A stretch of 64,000 bases of DNA, from contig OZ244937.1 of assembly GCA_965222075.1 (NCBI GenBank), positions 3,872,001 through 3,936,000 on the forward strand, in the 5' to 3' direction. Origin of the DNA: Candidatus Latescibacterota bacterium. GTDB taxonomy: Bacteria > Latescibacterota > UBA2968 > GCA-2709665. The stretch's first letter is position 1. The number at the start of each line of letters is the position of its first letter. The notes below the pieces were generated by a model. It saw only the letters and a program-made list of their open reading frames with translations, made no database searches and was not told the origin of the DNA. Position numbers and translations under genes: made by a program. Shown here in pieces: positions 8,618 through 20,339 of the stretch.

Positions 8618-9103
8618 TCAAAAGCGCACCCTCAACACAACCTTCATCCCCGCCCCCCCTTCCCCCACTCCCGCCTCAACACCCCCCCAGTCCACCCCAT
8701 CCAGGTGAGCATCCACATAAGCGTCCACCATGCTGTAAAACACAATCCCCAGGGTTGTAAAAAAATAGATGTTCCGCCTGGGGGGCGCATCCGCCGTCCA
8801 CTCCTTGTTAATCTGATTTCGGCGCACAAAAAACGCCGCCACGGACCCCACCTCTGCAGCGGCAATCATACTGCCCTTAATCACCCGCCGGTTGTAAAAC
8901 TGCCCCCACCCCGGCAGCGCCAGCGACCGCAGCATCGCCCTCCGTGGAGACCGGACCTGCCGGGTCGTATCGGGCGCTGCCCCGGTCTCTGCAGCCCCCA
9001 CCGGACCGGCCGACCCCGCAAACACGACCCCGGCCGCCAGCGTCAGAAGCAAGGGCACGGCATGCCGTGCCCCAACGGTGGAGACCCGCACGCTGATGCT
9101 CAC
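8618..9103 (-). CDS. DUF5683-like membrane protein
   Basis: 'SPRRAMLRSLALPGWGQFYN', 'SMVDAYVDAHL'. Confidence 0.75.
   Translation of the reverse strand: MSISVRVSTVGARHAVPLLLTLAAGVVFAGSAGPVGAAETGAAPDTTRQVRSPRRAMLRSLALPGWGQFYNRRVIKGSMIAAAEVGSVAAFFVRRNQINKEWTADAPPRRNIYFFTTLGIVFYSMVDAYVDAHLDGVDWGGVEAGVGEGGAGMKVVLRVRF
9050..9076. repeat. REP-like palindrome inside a coding sequence
   Basis: GGGCACGGCATGCCGTGCCC, perfect 20-bp palindrome (9053-9072); translates as VGARHAVPL. Confidence 0.7.
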
Positions 9104-10041
9104 CCCCTCGCCAGCCGGGCCGCGCCCAGAATCCCCGCATCGTCGCCCAACGCCCCCGGCACAATCCGCACGTACTCCTTCACCCCCACCGTACCCCGCT
9201 CTTGAAAGGTCCGCCGTGCCGGCTCGAAAAGCCGCTCACCGGCCCGGGCCAGCCCGCCGCAGAGGGCAACCACCTCCACGTTCAACGCACTCACCATGTT
9301 CACCAGTCCCACGCCCAGAAAGAACCCCGTCTCTTCAAACATCGCCCCGGCAAATACATCGTCCGCCTCGGCTGCCTCAAAAATCGCCCGGGTCGTTAAC
9401 CCCTCGGCCCGTAGCGCGGTCTTCGGCCGATCCTGCGCCAACCGCTGCCGGGCACGCCGCACCATCGCCGTCGCCGATGCGTACATCTCCAGGCAGCCGT
9501 AATTCCCGCACCCACACCGGGGCCCGTTCAGATCGATCGTCACGTGGCCCACCTCCGCTGCGTTTCCGTTGAACCCGTGCATCAACCGCCCGTTCGCCAT
9601 CCACCCGCCGCCCACCCCGGTGCCCAGCGTCACGCACAAAAAGTGGTCCACCCCCCGGCCCGCCCCCAGCCACTGCTCCCCGTAGGCCGCCAGGTTCGCA
9701 TCGTTATCCACAACCACCGGCAGGCCCAGCGCGTCCTCCAAACGGTCCTTCAGCCGCACCCCGTGCATGCACGGGAGGTTCTCCGGAGAAATGATCACCC
9801 CCTCAAAAGCATCCAGCGGACCCGGCGATCCCACCCCCACGCTGGCCACCTCCAAAAGGTCCACGCCACCCTCCCGCACGGCCCCCCGGACGCAGGCCGC
9901 AATCCCCCGGATCACCCCTTCGCTGCCCAGGTCCAGCCGCGTGGGACATCTCGACCGCCCCAGCACCTCACCCGCTTCGTCCACCAGCCCGGCGAGGGTA
10001 TTGGTCCCCCCCAGATCCACTCCGATCGTCAGCCCGCTCAC
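9100..10041 (-). CDS. ROK-family sugar kinase (glucokinase-like)
   Basis: 'GVDLGGT', 'DNDAN', 'TLGTGVGGG', 'EVGH', 'CGCGNYGCLE'. Confidence 0.92.
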   Translation of the reverse strand: MSGLTIGVDLGGTNTLAGLVDEAGEVLGRSRCPTRLDLGSEGVIRGIAACVRGAVREGGVDLLEVASVGVGSPGPLDAFEGVIISPENLPCMHGVRLKDRLEDALGLPVVVDNDANLAAYGEQWLGAGRGVDHFLCVTLGTGVGGGWMANGRLMHGFNGNAAEVGHVTIDLNGPRCGCGNYGCLEMYASATAMVRRARQRLAQDRPKTALRAEGLTTRAIFEAAEADDVFAGAMFEETGFFLGVGLVNMVSALNVEVVALCGGLARAGERLFEPARRTFQERGTVGVKEYVRIVPGALGDDAGILGAARLARG

Positions 10042-10679
10042 GTCTCGGCCCGTGCCTTCCGCACAGCTTCCACGAACGACCGGGCCGTCTCGGTCAACCC
10101 CGCCCAGTTCTTCTCGGCCACGGCCTGTTTGTCCACCATCGCGCTGCCCGCGCCCACCGCCACCGCGCCAGCTTTGATGAACTCCGGCGTGGTCCGGGCA
10201 TTCACCCCGCCCGTGGGCATCAGCCTCAGCTGCGGCAGCGGCCCCCGGATATCTTTAAAAAACTCCGGCCCGCCCACCGTGGCCGGGAACACCTTCACCA
10301 CGTCACCCCCGGCCTGCCAGCCCGCCAGGATCTCCGTGGGCGTGAACCCGGCGGGCATCACCACCTTGCCGTAGCGCTTGGCCATCGCGATCACGTCTAA
10401 GTTCAGCACCGGACTGACCACGTACTCCGCCCCGGCCAGGATCGCCGCCCGCGCCGTCTCCGCATCCAGCACCGACCCCACCCCCACGATCGTATCCTCC
10501 ATCTTTGCCGACGCCTCTTCGATCACCTTCAGCGCCCCCGGCACCGTCATTGTCACCTCAATCGCCACCACGCCCCCTTCCCGCAGCGCCCGCGACACAT
10601 CCAGCAGCTCCGAAGGCGAATCCGCCCGCAGCACCGCCACCACTCCGCAGTCGATAATCCGATCCAGTATTTCGGCCAC
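10038..10679 (-). CDS. eda: KDPG/KHG aldolase
   Basis: 'IEVT', 'TPTEI', Schiff-base 'VKVFPA', 'PTGGV'; GTG 10679 follows GGAGG. Confidence 0.93.
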   Translation of the reverse strand: MAEILDRIIDCGVVAVLRADSPSELLDVSRALREGGVVAIEVTMTVPGALKVIEEASAKMEDTIVGVGSVLDAETARAAILAGAEYVVSPVLNLDVIAMAKRYGKVVMPAGFTPTEILAGWQAGGDVVKVFPATVGGPEFFKDIRGPLPQLRLMPTGGVNARTTPEFIKAGAVAVGAGSAMVDKQAVAEKNWAGLTETARSFVEAVRKARAET

Positions 10680-10695
10680 CGCCTGCTCCTCCCGT

Positions 10696-10729
10696 AAAAA
10701 GAACGCCCGGGAAACCTGCCCGGGCATTC
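10696..10729 (-). terminator. Terminator-like hairpin between kdgK and eda
   Basis: Minus strand GAATGCCCGGG-CAGGTTT-CCCGGGCGTTC-TTTTT. Confidence 0.55.
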
Positions 10730-10751
10730 GAAAAAAACCGACCTTGTCCAC

Positions 10752-11795
10752 CTACCTCCTGATCCGTGCCCCGCCGCCCTTCATCGCGGATTCCGCCTCG
10801 GTCCGGGTCGCCCAGTTCACATCGCCTGGAAACGTGTGCGCCAGCGCCGAATAGGCCCCGGCAAAGTCCACGGCCGCCTGCGGGTGCATCCCCTCGATCA
10901 GGCCGGTAACCAGGCCCGCAGAGAAGCTGTCGCCGCCGCCGACCCGGTCCACAATCTCCAGGTCCTCGTAAATCCGCGACAGGTAAAACGCCTTCCCGTT
11001 AAACAACAGCGTCCGCCAATCGTTCAAAAGCCCCGTCTTGGCCACCCGCAGCGTCGTCCCCACATAGTCCACGTTGGGATAGGCTTCCACCGCCCTGCGG
11101 ACCACGCCCTTGTAGCTCTCGGGATCCAGCGCGCTGTAATCCTCGCCCGCCCCCTCCGCCTTCAGCCCCAGCACCTTCTCGAAGTCCTCCTCGTTTCCGA
11201 CCAGCACCTTCACCAGCGGCACAAACTGTTTCGTGGTCTCCTGTGCCTGCTCCGGGCTCCAGAGTTTTGACCGGAAATTCAAGTCGTAACTCGTCGTCAC
11301 CCCCGCCTCGACCGCCGCCCTGAGCGCCTCTAAGGTCACTGCCGCCGCACCTTCCGAAAGCGCCGGCGTAATCCCGCTCACGTGGAACCACTTCGTCCCC
11401 TCAAACACCGCCTTCCAGTCCACCATCCCCGATTCGATCTTCGAAATCGCCGAATGTCCCCGGTCGTAAGTCACCGCGCTGGCCCGGGGCCCAACGCCCA
11501 CCTCCAGGTGGTAGAACCCGTTCCGTTCCAGCCCCACCCCGTCGAAGGGCACCCACACGACATAAGACATATCCACCCCGTGCTCGCGACCCTTGTTCCG
11601 GATCACCCACCCCGTCCAGTTGTCCACCAGCCGGGAAACCCACGCCACGTTCAGCCCCAGGTGGGCGCACCCCACCGCCACGTTGTACTCCCCGCCTCCC
11701 ACCTCTACGTCCAGCCTGGTCGCATTTTCCAGCCGGCGGTACTCAGGCGAAGACAGCCGAACCATCGCCTCACCGAACGTCACCACATCGTACAT
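10752..11795 (-). CDS. kdgK: 2-keto-3-deoxygluconate kinase (PfkB family)
   Basis: 'TFGEAM', 'GGGEYNVA', 'DLNFRSKLW', 'VDRVGGGDSF'; adjacent to eda. Confidence 0.9.
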   Translation of the reverse strand: MYDVVTFGEAMVRLSSPEYRRLENATRLDVEVGGGEYNVAVGCAHLGLNVAWVSRLVDNWTGWVIRNKGREHGVDMSYVVWVPFDGVGLERNGFYHLEVGVGPRASAVTYDRGHSAISKIESGMVDWKAVFEGTKWFHVSGITPALSEGAAAVTLEALRAAVEAGVTTSYDLNFRSKLWSPEQAQETTKQFVPLVKVLVGNEEDFEKVLGLKAEGAGEDYSALDPESYKGVVRRAVEAYPNVDYVGTTLRVAKTGLLNDWRTLLFNGKAFYLSRIYEDLEIVDRVGGGDSFSAGLVTGLIEGMHPQAAVDFAGAYSALAHTFPGDVNWATRTEAESAMKGGGARIRR

Positions 11796-11849
11796 ACGCG
11801 CCCTCCTCCCCTGTCATAACCCCGCTCTGTTCATATTGCAACTTCCTCC

Positions 11850-12773
11850 CTACCCCAGTCTCTCCCCCACCCCAACCCGATACCCCCGCACCAGTTCCGC
11901 CCCGCTCATCCGTCCCCTCCCGGCCGGCTGCACCTCCAGCAGGGCCAGCGCCCCGCCACCGGCGGCCACCACAAGCCCCTCCTTCCCATCGGATCGGACC
12001 ACCTCTCCGGGTGCGCCGCTTCCCTCGACCACCACCGCCCGGTGTACCTTTAAATCCTTCCCCTTCCACTGTGTAAACGCTCCTGGAAAGGGGTTGGTTC
12101 CCCGAATCAAATTCCGGATCGCTCCGGCCTCTGCCGTCCAGTTGATCCGCCCGTCTTTCTTCTCCAGCCTGGGTGCCCGGGTCACCCCTTCCTTCGGCTG
12201 CGGAACCGGCCTTACCTCGCCTTTTGCCAGGACGTCCACCGCCTCTAAAAGCAGGTCGGCCCCCAGAACCTTCAACCGCTCGTAAAGCTCTCCCGCCGTC
12301 TCATCCGGGCCGATGGGGACCCGACGCTGCAGAAGCATATCCCCGGCATCCACGCGGAGGCTCAACCGAAAGACCGTCACCCCCGTCTCCTCTTCCCCCC
12401 GGATAATCGCCCAGTTGATCGGCGCCGCCCCCCGGTACTTCGGCAACAGCGACGGATGCACGTTTACCGACCCCAGCTTCGGGATCTGGAGCACCGCCTT
12501 TGGGAGAATCGCAAAAGCCACCACCGCAAACAGGTCCGCCTCCAGCCCTCGAAGCCGTGCCAGAAAGTTTGCATCCCGCAGCGACGCCGGCTGCAGAACC
12601 GGCACCCCCAGCCCCTGCGCTGCCACCTTCACCGGCGGAGGCGCCAGCCGCTGTCCCCGCCCCCGGGGGCGGTCCGGCCGGGTGACCACGCCAGCCAGAG
12701 TGTGCCCGCTTTCTGCCAGCCGCCTTAAAGACGGTACCGCAAAATCGGGCGTCCCCATAAAAACCAGCCTCAA
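11850..12773 (-). CDS. fmt: Methionyl-tRNA formyltransferase
   Basis: 'FMGTPDFAVPSL', 'NVHPSLLPKYRGAAPI'. Confidence 0.98.
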   Translation of the reverse strand: MRLVFMGTPDFAVPSLRRLAESGHTLAGVVTRPDRPRGRGQRLAPPPVKVAAQGLGVPVLQPASLRDANFLARLRGLEADLFAVVAFAILPKAVLQIPKLGSVNVHPSLLPKYRGAAPINWAIIRGEEETGVTVFRLSLRVDAGDMLLQRRVPIGPDETAGELYERLKVLGADLLLEAVDVLAKGEVRPVPQPKEGVTRAPRLEKKDGRINWTAEAGAIRNLIRGTNPFPGAFTQWKGKDLKVHRAVVVEGSGAPGEVVRSDGKEGLVVAAGGGALALLEVQPAGRGRMSGAELVRGYRVGVGERLG

Positions 12774-12798
12774 AACCCTGGCCTCCGGTCGCGTGGTG

Positions 12799-13128
12799 CT
12801 ACTTCTCCCCTACAAGCCGCGACACCGACCCCCGGGAGGCCTCGATCCGTACATCCTTGGCCACCTGCACCACCAGAATCCCCTCCTTCTCTTTCACCCC
12901 CACAATCGTCCCGTGGATACCGCCTGATGTCACGATTTTATCCCCCTTCTTGAGCGCATCGATCATCTCCTTCTGCTGCCTCTGCTTCTTGTGCTGCGGG
13001 CGGAGAATCAGGAGATAAATCACCACGAACATCAAGATAAAAGGGAAAAACTGGAAGATCGGATTTCCCGACTCCCCCCCGGGGGACGACTGTCCCCCAA
13101 ACGCAAACGCCTCTCCAATACCGAACAA
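12799..13128 (-). CDS. yajC: Preprotein translocase subunit YajC
   Basis: TM then 'LRPQ', 'LKKGDKIVTSGGIHG'; follows tgt. Confidence 0.96.
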   Translation of the reverse strand: MFGIGEAFAFGGQSSPGGESGNPIFQFFPFILMFVVIYLLILRPQHKKQRQQKEMIDALKKGDKIVTSGGIHGTIVGVKEKEGILVVQVAKDVRIEASRGSVSRLVGEK

Positions 13129-13138
13129 AGAACCCTCC

Positions 13139-15581
<2,443 letters not shown>

Positions 15582-15658
15582 TGGAAAAGACCGGACAGAG
15601 AACCTGCGATAAAAAAAGGGGAGGCTGAAAAGGGGAAAAGGTCCACCACTTCAACGCA

Positions 15659-16666
15659 TTAATGGGAAACAATACTGATCGGTCTCGGGATAAAACAGAG
15701 CACGAAAATCGCCAGCGACAGGTAGCCCACCGCCTTTCGAGCCGGATCCAGTTCCAGGCAGGGATCGTACGGGGGGGGATGCCGGCGTCCCAGGGCCATC
15801 GAGATAAAAATCCAGACCAGCCAGCCGGGCCAGCGGGAGGCCATCCACGCCGACAGGGCGCTGCCGGCATTCAGCCACTCATAGGGAGGTCCAAACGCCC
15901 AGAAGAGGCCCAGTGCCACGATGGCCCCTTTCGAAATCAGGTCGTGCCGACGGCCGAAAATCGCATAAACAATGTGTCCCCCGTCGAACTGCCCCACCGG
16001 CAGCAGGTTCAAAACCGTCACAAACAGCCCCAGCCAGCCGGCGAATGCAACCGGGTGGAGGTAAATATCGTAGCCCTCCGGAAGCGATCCGATAACAAGT
16101 TCCCCCATCCACGCAGAGAGGATCGAATCCCCCAGCGTTAACGACGCCTGGGGAATATCTGCCTTGGCCACCACCTCCGACAGGTGCAGCCCCACGCCCA
16201 GCGCCGCCACGGCCACCACGAACCCCGCCAGGGGACCGGCCGCCCCGATATCGATCAGCGCCCGCCGGTTCGGAATCTGCGACCTGATCTTAATCACGGC
16301 CCCCAGGGTGCCGATCATCGACGGAAAAGGGATGAAGTAGGGCAGCGTTGCCCGCACCTGCCAGCGGCGGGAGGCAACGTAGTGCCCCATCTCGTGAATC
16401 CCCAGAATCGCCAGAATCGTAACCGAAAAAGGCAGCCCGTGGACCAGATACTCCGGGCCGAACAAAACCGACCAGGTATCGGCACCCGGCTCAATCTTCA
16501 AAGATGTGGACATCCACATCCCCGCATAGGTGGTCGTATAAGCCGTCATCAGAAACAGCGCCACCTGCACCCAGGTCCGATCCTTCCGCGGTGGCATCCC
16601 GCTCGACCCGTAAACCACCCCACCCCGGTCAACCCGCTCAAGATCCCCGTTCAATCCTCCGGCCAC
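15659..16666 (-). CDS. Site-2 protease (peptidase M50)
   Basis: 'HEMGH', 'AGP', 'NLLPVGQFDGGH'; start uncertain (GTG 16666 or ATG 16597). Confidence 0.9.
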   Translation of the reverse strand: MAGGLNGDLERVDRGGVVYGSSGMPPRKDRTWVQVALFLMTAYTTTYAGMWMSTSLKIEPGADTWSVLFGPEYLVHGLPFSVTILAILGIHEMGHYVASRRWQVRATLPYFIPFPSMIGTLGAVIKIRSQIPNRRALIDIGAAGPLAGFVVAVAALGVGLHLSEVVAKADIPQASLTLGDSILSAWMGELVIGSLPEGYDIYLHPVAFAGWLGLFVTVLNLLPVGQFDGGHIVYAIFGRRHDLISKGAIVALGLFWAFGPPYEWLNAGSALSAWMASRWPGWLVWIFISMALGRRHPPPYDPCLELDPARKAVGYLSLAIFVLCFIPRPISIVSH

Positions 16667-16686
16667 ACCATCTCTCCAAATTTGTC

Positions 16687-17580
16687 TCACCTGATCCCCA
16701 GCGCAACCCGATGCGATCCTCCCAGCCCCAGACCTGTGGGCACATAGGCGTAGTCGAACCGCCAGTTCCGGCGCTGCAGCCCCACCCCGAACGACACATC
16801 CCGCGTCTCGCTGCCCGAACGGTACCCGCCCCTTAAAAAGAACGCCTGCCGGACCCCATACTCCACGCCTGAGTGCAGGCCCCGGCCGCCTTTCTCCGGA
16901 AAACGCAGGTCCACGCACCCGGCCAGCGCGCCCCTGGCCAGCGCAGCGCCGATTCGAAACGTCCGGGGCAGGGGCACACGCTCTTGATCGAGCGGTCCCA
17001 TCCGTCCCCAGTTCCGGTAAACAGCGCCCACGGTCACCCCCTCAACCGGCATCCGGTAAAGCAGACCAACGTCCGCTGCAACTCCCGAAGCCCCCTCCGG
17101 GCCGATCGTCTCGTGCAGCACCCGCACGCTGGCGCCCGCATACATCCGTTCGCCGATCCGCTGCGCGTAGGAGAAACCGACGTTGACTTCGTACAGGCCG
17201 AACGTCCCCAATGGTTCTGCCGAAGGCCCGGTGCGGGCCTCCAGCCCCCCGGCCGAATGAACACCCACGCTCAGGGCCAGCCCCCGCTTACCGTTGCCAT
17301 AGGCCCACCCGGCATAGGCCTGCTGGATCGACTGGAAAGACCGGTGGTGGGACAGCAGAAAATCCTTCCCCCGCATCGCAGCCACCCCTGCCGGGTTCCA
17401 GAACGCAGCCGTCTGATCGCCCGCAACCGCCGTGTAGGCCTCCCCCATAGCCGCCGCCCGGGCGCCGATTCCCTCTCGAAGCAGCACAAACCCCACCTGC
17501 CGCGCCGAAGTCCTCCCCTCGCTTTCCCCCCATACCAGGATCAACGTCAAACACCAGGGCCACCAATAGAAGCGGAACAA
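16687..17580 (-). CDS. Outer-membrane beta-barrel, PorV/PorQ family
   Basis: Signal peptide, 'GARAAAMGEAYTAVAGD', 'FWNPAG', 'DYAY...LGGSHRVAL'. Confidence 0.75.
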   Translation of the reverse strand: MFRFYWWPWCLTLILVWGESEGRTSARQVGFVLLREGIGARAAAMGEAYTAVAGDQTAAFWNPAGVAAMRGKDFLLSHHRSFQSIQQAYAGWAYGNGKRGLALSVGVHSAGGLEARTGPSAEPLGTFGLYEVNVGFSYAQRIGERMYAGASVRVLHETIGPEGASGVAADVGLLYRMPVEGVTVGAVYRNWGRMGPLDQERVPLPRTFRIGAALARGALAGCVDLRFPEKGGRGLHSGVEYGVRQAFFLRGGYRSGSETRDVSFGVGLQRRNWRFDYAYVPTGLGLGGSHRVALGIR

Positions 17581-17772
17581 ACAACCTCTCCTTCCGGGTT
17601 GTTCACCTCACAATCCCAACGCCTCGAATATCCCACCACAACCCCCACAACATTAACCAACAACAGCACGCCTGTCAACACCAAAACACCCTTCTTCCCT
17701 GCTGGCTTTTTGTCTCTTCTTCATATATATTAGGGAAGCGCGACAGCACACGCCCGCTCACCCGTCTCGCCT

Positions 17773-17826
17773 CCCCCGCCTTCGGGGCGGGGGGAAGGGG
17801 CTTTTTCTTGGGCGAACAAGAAAAAG
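17773..17826. repeat. Two adjacent hairpins (REP-like intergenic element)
   Basis: CCCCCGCC-TTCGG-GGCGGGGG and CTTTTTCTTG-GGCGAA-CAAGAAAAAG. Confidence 0.55.
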
Positions 17827-17952
17827 GCCTCGCCGAAGGCATGGGGTGTGGAGGGGTTGTGGATGACGGAGACCGCCCGGGACTGAGCGACAAGGCCATC
17901 TACCGAAAGCTTATTTTCTAAACAACTTCCAGGAGAAGGGAGAACCGACACA

Positions 17953-19005
17953 ATGGATCAATCCGCACCCGTTCGCACCGCAGTGATCGGCCTGGGCCGC
18001 GCGGGATGGAACTTCCACGTGCGCACCATCCGCAGCCGTGAGGACTTCCAGGTCGTCGCCGTGGCCGATCCCAACAAGGAGCGTCAGCAGCAGGCGGTAG
18101 AGGAACTGGGCGTTGAGGCGTTCGGCGACCTCACCTCCCTGCTGAAAGGCTCCGACGCCGAACTCGTCGTCGTTGCCACCGCCTCGGTTGACCACGCCTC
18201 CCACTCGATCCAGGCGCTCGAAGCGGGCCGGCACGTCCTCACCGAAAAACCCATGGCCACCTCCCTGAAAGATGCGGACCGGATGCTCGCAGCGGCCGAA
18301 GAGGCCGGCAGCATCCTGACGATTCACCAGAGCCAGCGCTGGTCGCCTGTTTTTGCCTTCATCAAAAAGATGCTCTCCGACCAGCGGCTCGGACAGGTCT
18401 TTTTCATCCGCTCAGGCATCTACGGCTACGCCCGGCGCAACGACTGGCAGACGCTGCGCAAATACGGCGGCGGCCTGCTCAACAACACCGGCGTCCACAT
18501 CGTCGACCAGTGCGTCATCCTGATGGAATCTCCCATCGTGGACGTCTTTGGCGACCTGCAGCAGATCCTCCAGCCGGGCGATACGGAAGACCACCTCAAG
18601 GTCGTCATGCGCGGCGAAAACGGCCGCGTGATCGACCTGGAGATCTCCACCGCCTGTGCCGCTGCGCTGCCCACCTGGACCCTGATGGGCGCCCGGGGCA
18701 CGCTTACCGTCACCGGCAGAGAGACGGCCCTGCTGCGCCACGTGAAAGGCGAACTGGCGCCGGTGGAGACCATCGACAGGCCCCTGGCCGCCGATCGCAA
18801 ATATGGGGTCGCGGGAGGCGAAGAGATCGCGTTTGAGGAAGTGGAACTTGAAGCCAGGGCCGACCCCGGTCCCCTGTTCTACGACCGGCTCCGTGCCGCC
18901 ATCCGCAGCGGCACCCCGCCGCCGGTCGACCCGGCAACCTCCCGGGAGACCCTGCGCGTACTGTCCGAAGCACGAAAGAACACCCGGTTCCCGGGGGGCG
19001 TATAA
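17953..19005 (+). CDS. Gfo/Idh/MocA-family oxidoreductase
   Basis: 'IGLGRAG', 'EKPM', 'GGGLLNNTGVHIVD'. Confidence 0.92.
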   Translation: MDQSAPVRTAVIGLGRAGWNFHVRTIRSREDFQVVAVADPNKERQQQAVEELGVEAFGDLTSLLKGSDAELVVVATASVDHASHSIQALEAGRHVLTEKPMATSLKDADRMLAAAEEAGSILTIHQSQRWSPVFAFIKKMLSDQRLGQVFFIRSGIYGYARRNDWQTLRKYGGGLLNNTGVHIVDQCVILMESPIVDVFGDLQQILQPGDTEDHLKVVMRGENGRVIDLEISTACAAALPTWTLMGARGTLTVTGRETALLRHVKGELAPVETIDRPLAADRKYGVAGGEEIAFEEVELEARADPGPLFYDRLRAAIRSGTPPPVDPATSRETLRVLSEARKNTRFPGGV

Positions 19006-19019
19006 ACACGATCAGTTGT

Positions 19020-20297
19020 ATGATAGAAAAACCCTGCTGGGCCCAAACCCTATCCGTCTGGCCCGAAACCCTGGCCGATGAACTGCCGGAAGTCTGCGAC
19101 ACTGCGGTGATCGGCGGCGGCATCACCGGCCTGTCAACGGCCCTGCACCTGGCGCGAAGGGGCGCGAACGTCGTCCTGCTCGAACAGAATCACATCGGCT
19201 GGGGCGCCAGCACGCGCAATGCCGGAATGACGCTGGTCGGCCTGAAACGGTCCCCCGGGCAGCTCATCAAAAAATACGGCCTCTCCGACGCCCGGAAATA
19301 CTACCAGGTGTCCATCGACGCCGTTGATTTTGCAGAAACCTTTATCACCCAGGAAAACCTGAATTGCGATTTCGACCGCCACGGTGCGTTGTGGGCGGCC
19401 TATACACCCGACCACTATGAGGCATTAAAAGACGCTCAGGAGCTTTTGCAGAAAACATTTAACCACAAGACCCACCTCGTTCCCACCGCTGAAATGAAAA
19501 CGGAACTGGGATCGGACTACTATCACGGCGGTCTTGTGGACCCGCTGAGCGCAGGCCTTAACCCTGCAAAATATGTCGCCGGGCTGCTGGCAAAAGCGCT
19601 GGCGGCCGGCGTGAAAATCTTTGAACAGACGCGGGTGGAAAAATTCCACAAGCACACCACGGGCTTCCGGGTGCACACAAACCGGGGAGCGGTCCTGGCC
19701 GATCACCTCGTGGCGGCCACCAACGGCTACACCCCCCCGGCACTGCCCTGGCTGCGCCGCCGCATCATCCCCATAGGCAGTTATATCATCGCCACCGAGC
19801 CGCTACAGAACACCGTTGCCGCACAGATCATCCCGAAAAACCGGATGGTCTACGACACCAGGAAATACCTGTCCTATTTTCGCCTGACGCCGGATTGTCG
19901 CATGCTTTTTGGAGGCAGAACCAGCTTTGCAGGTCAGGATAACCAGACCGCAGCGGCAATCCTGCAGGGGTGGATGTGTGACGTGTTTCCACAGCTTCGG
20001 GGAGTGAAAATAGACTACTGCTGGAGCGGCTATGTGGGCTTTACCTTCGATCAGATGCCGCATCTGGGCGTCAACGACGGTGTGTATTATGCCATGGGCT
20101 ACTGCGGTCACGGCGTTGCGCCCGGCCTGTATTTTGGCAACCACCTGGCCCGGTTGATCAGCGGCGAAAAAACAGACCTGCCGTTTGCCGACCTGGACTA
20201 TCCCGGGATGCTCTTTTACCGAAAACGGGCCTGGTTCCTGCCGGTCGCGGGCCTGTACTATAAGCTGGTGGACAATATGGCAAAGCGGAGGAGGTAA
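19020..20297 (+). CDS. FAD-dependent amine oxidoreductase (DAO family, PuuB-like)
   Basis: 'IGGGITG', 'GASTRNAG', 'ATNGY', 'GYCGHGV'. Confidence 0.88.
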   Translation: MIEKPCWAQTLSVWPETLADELPEVCDTAVIGGGITGLSTALHLARRGANVVLLEQNHIGWGASTRNAGMTLVGLKRSPGQLIKKYGLSDARKYYQVSIDAVDFAETFITQENLNCDFDRHGALWAAYTPDHYEALKDAQELLQKTFNHKTHLVPTAEMKTELGSDYYHGGLVDPLSAGLNPAKYVAGLLAKALAAGVKIFEQTRVEKFHKHTTGFRVHTNRGAVLADHLVAATNGYTPPALPWLRRRIIPIGSYIIATEPLQNTVAAQIIPKNRMVYDTRKYLSYFRLTPDCRMLFGGRTSFAGQDNQTAAAILQGWMCDVFPQLRGVKIDYCWSGYVGFTFDQMPHLGVNDGVYYAMGYCGHGVAPGLYFGNHLARLISGEKTDLPFADLDYPGMLFYRKRAWFLPVAGLYYKLVDNMAKRRR

Positions 20298-20339
20298 TCG
20301 GATGACCTTGCACCCAACCCTGAACTTGAGGAACCTGCC

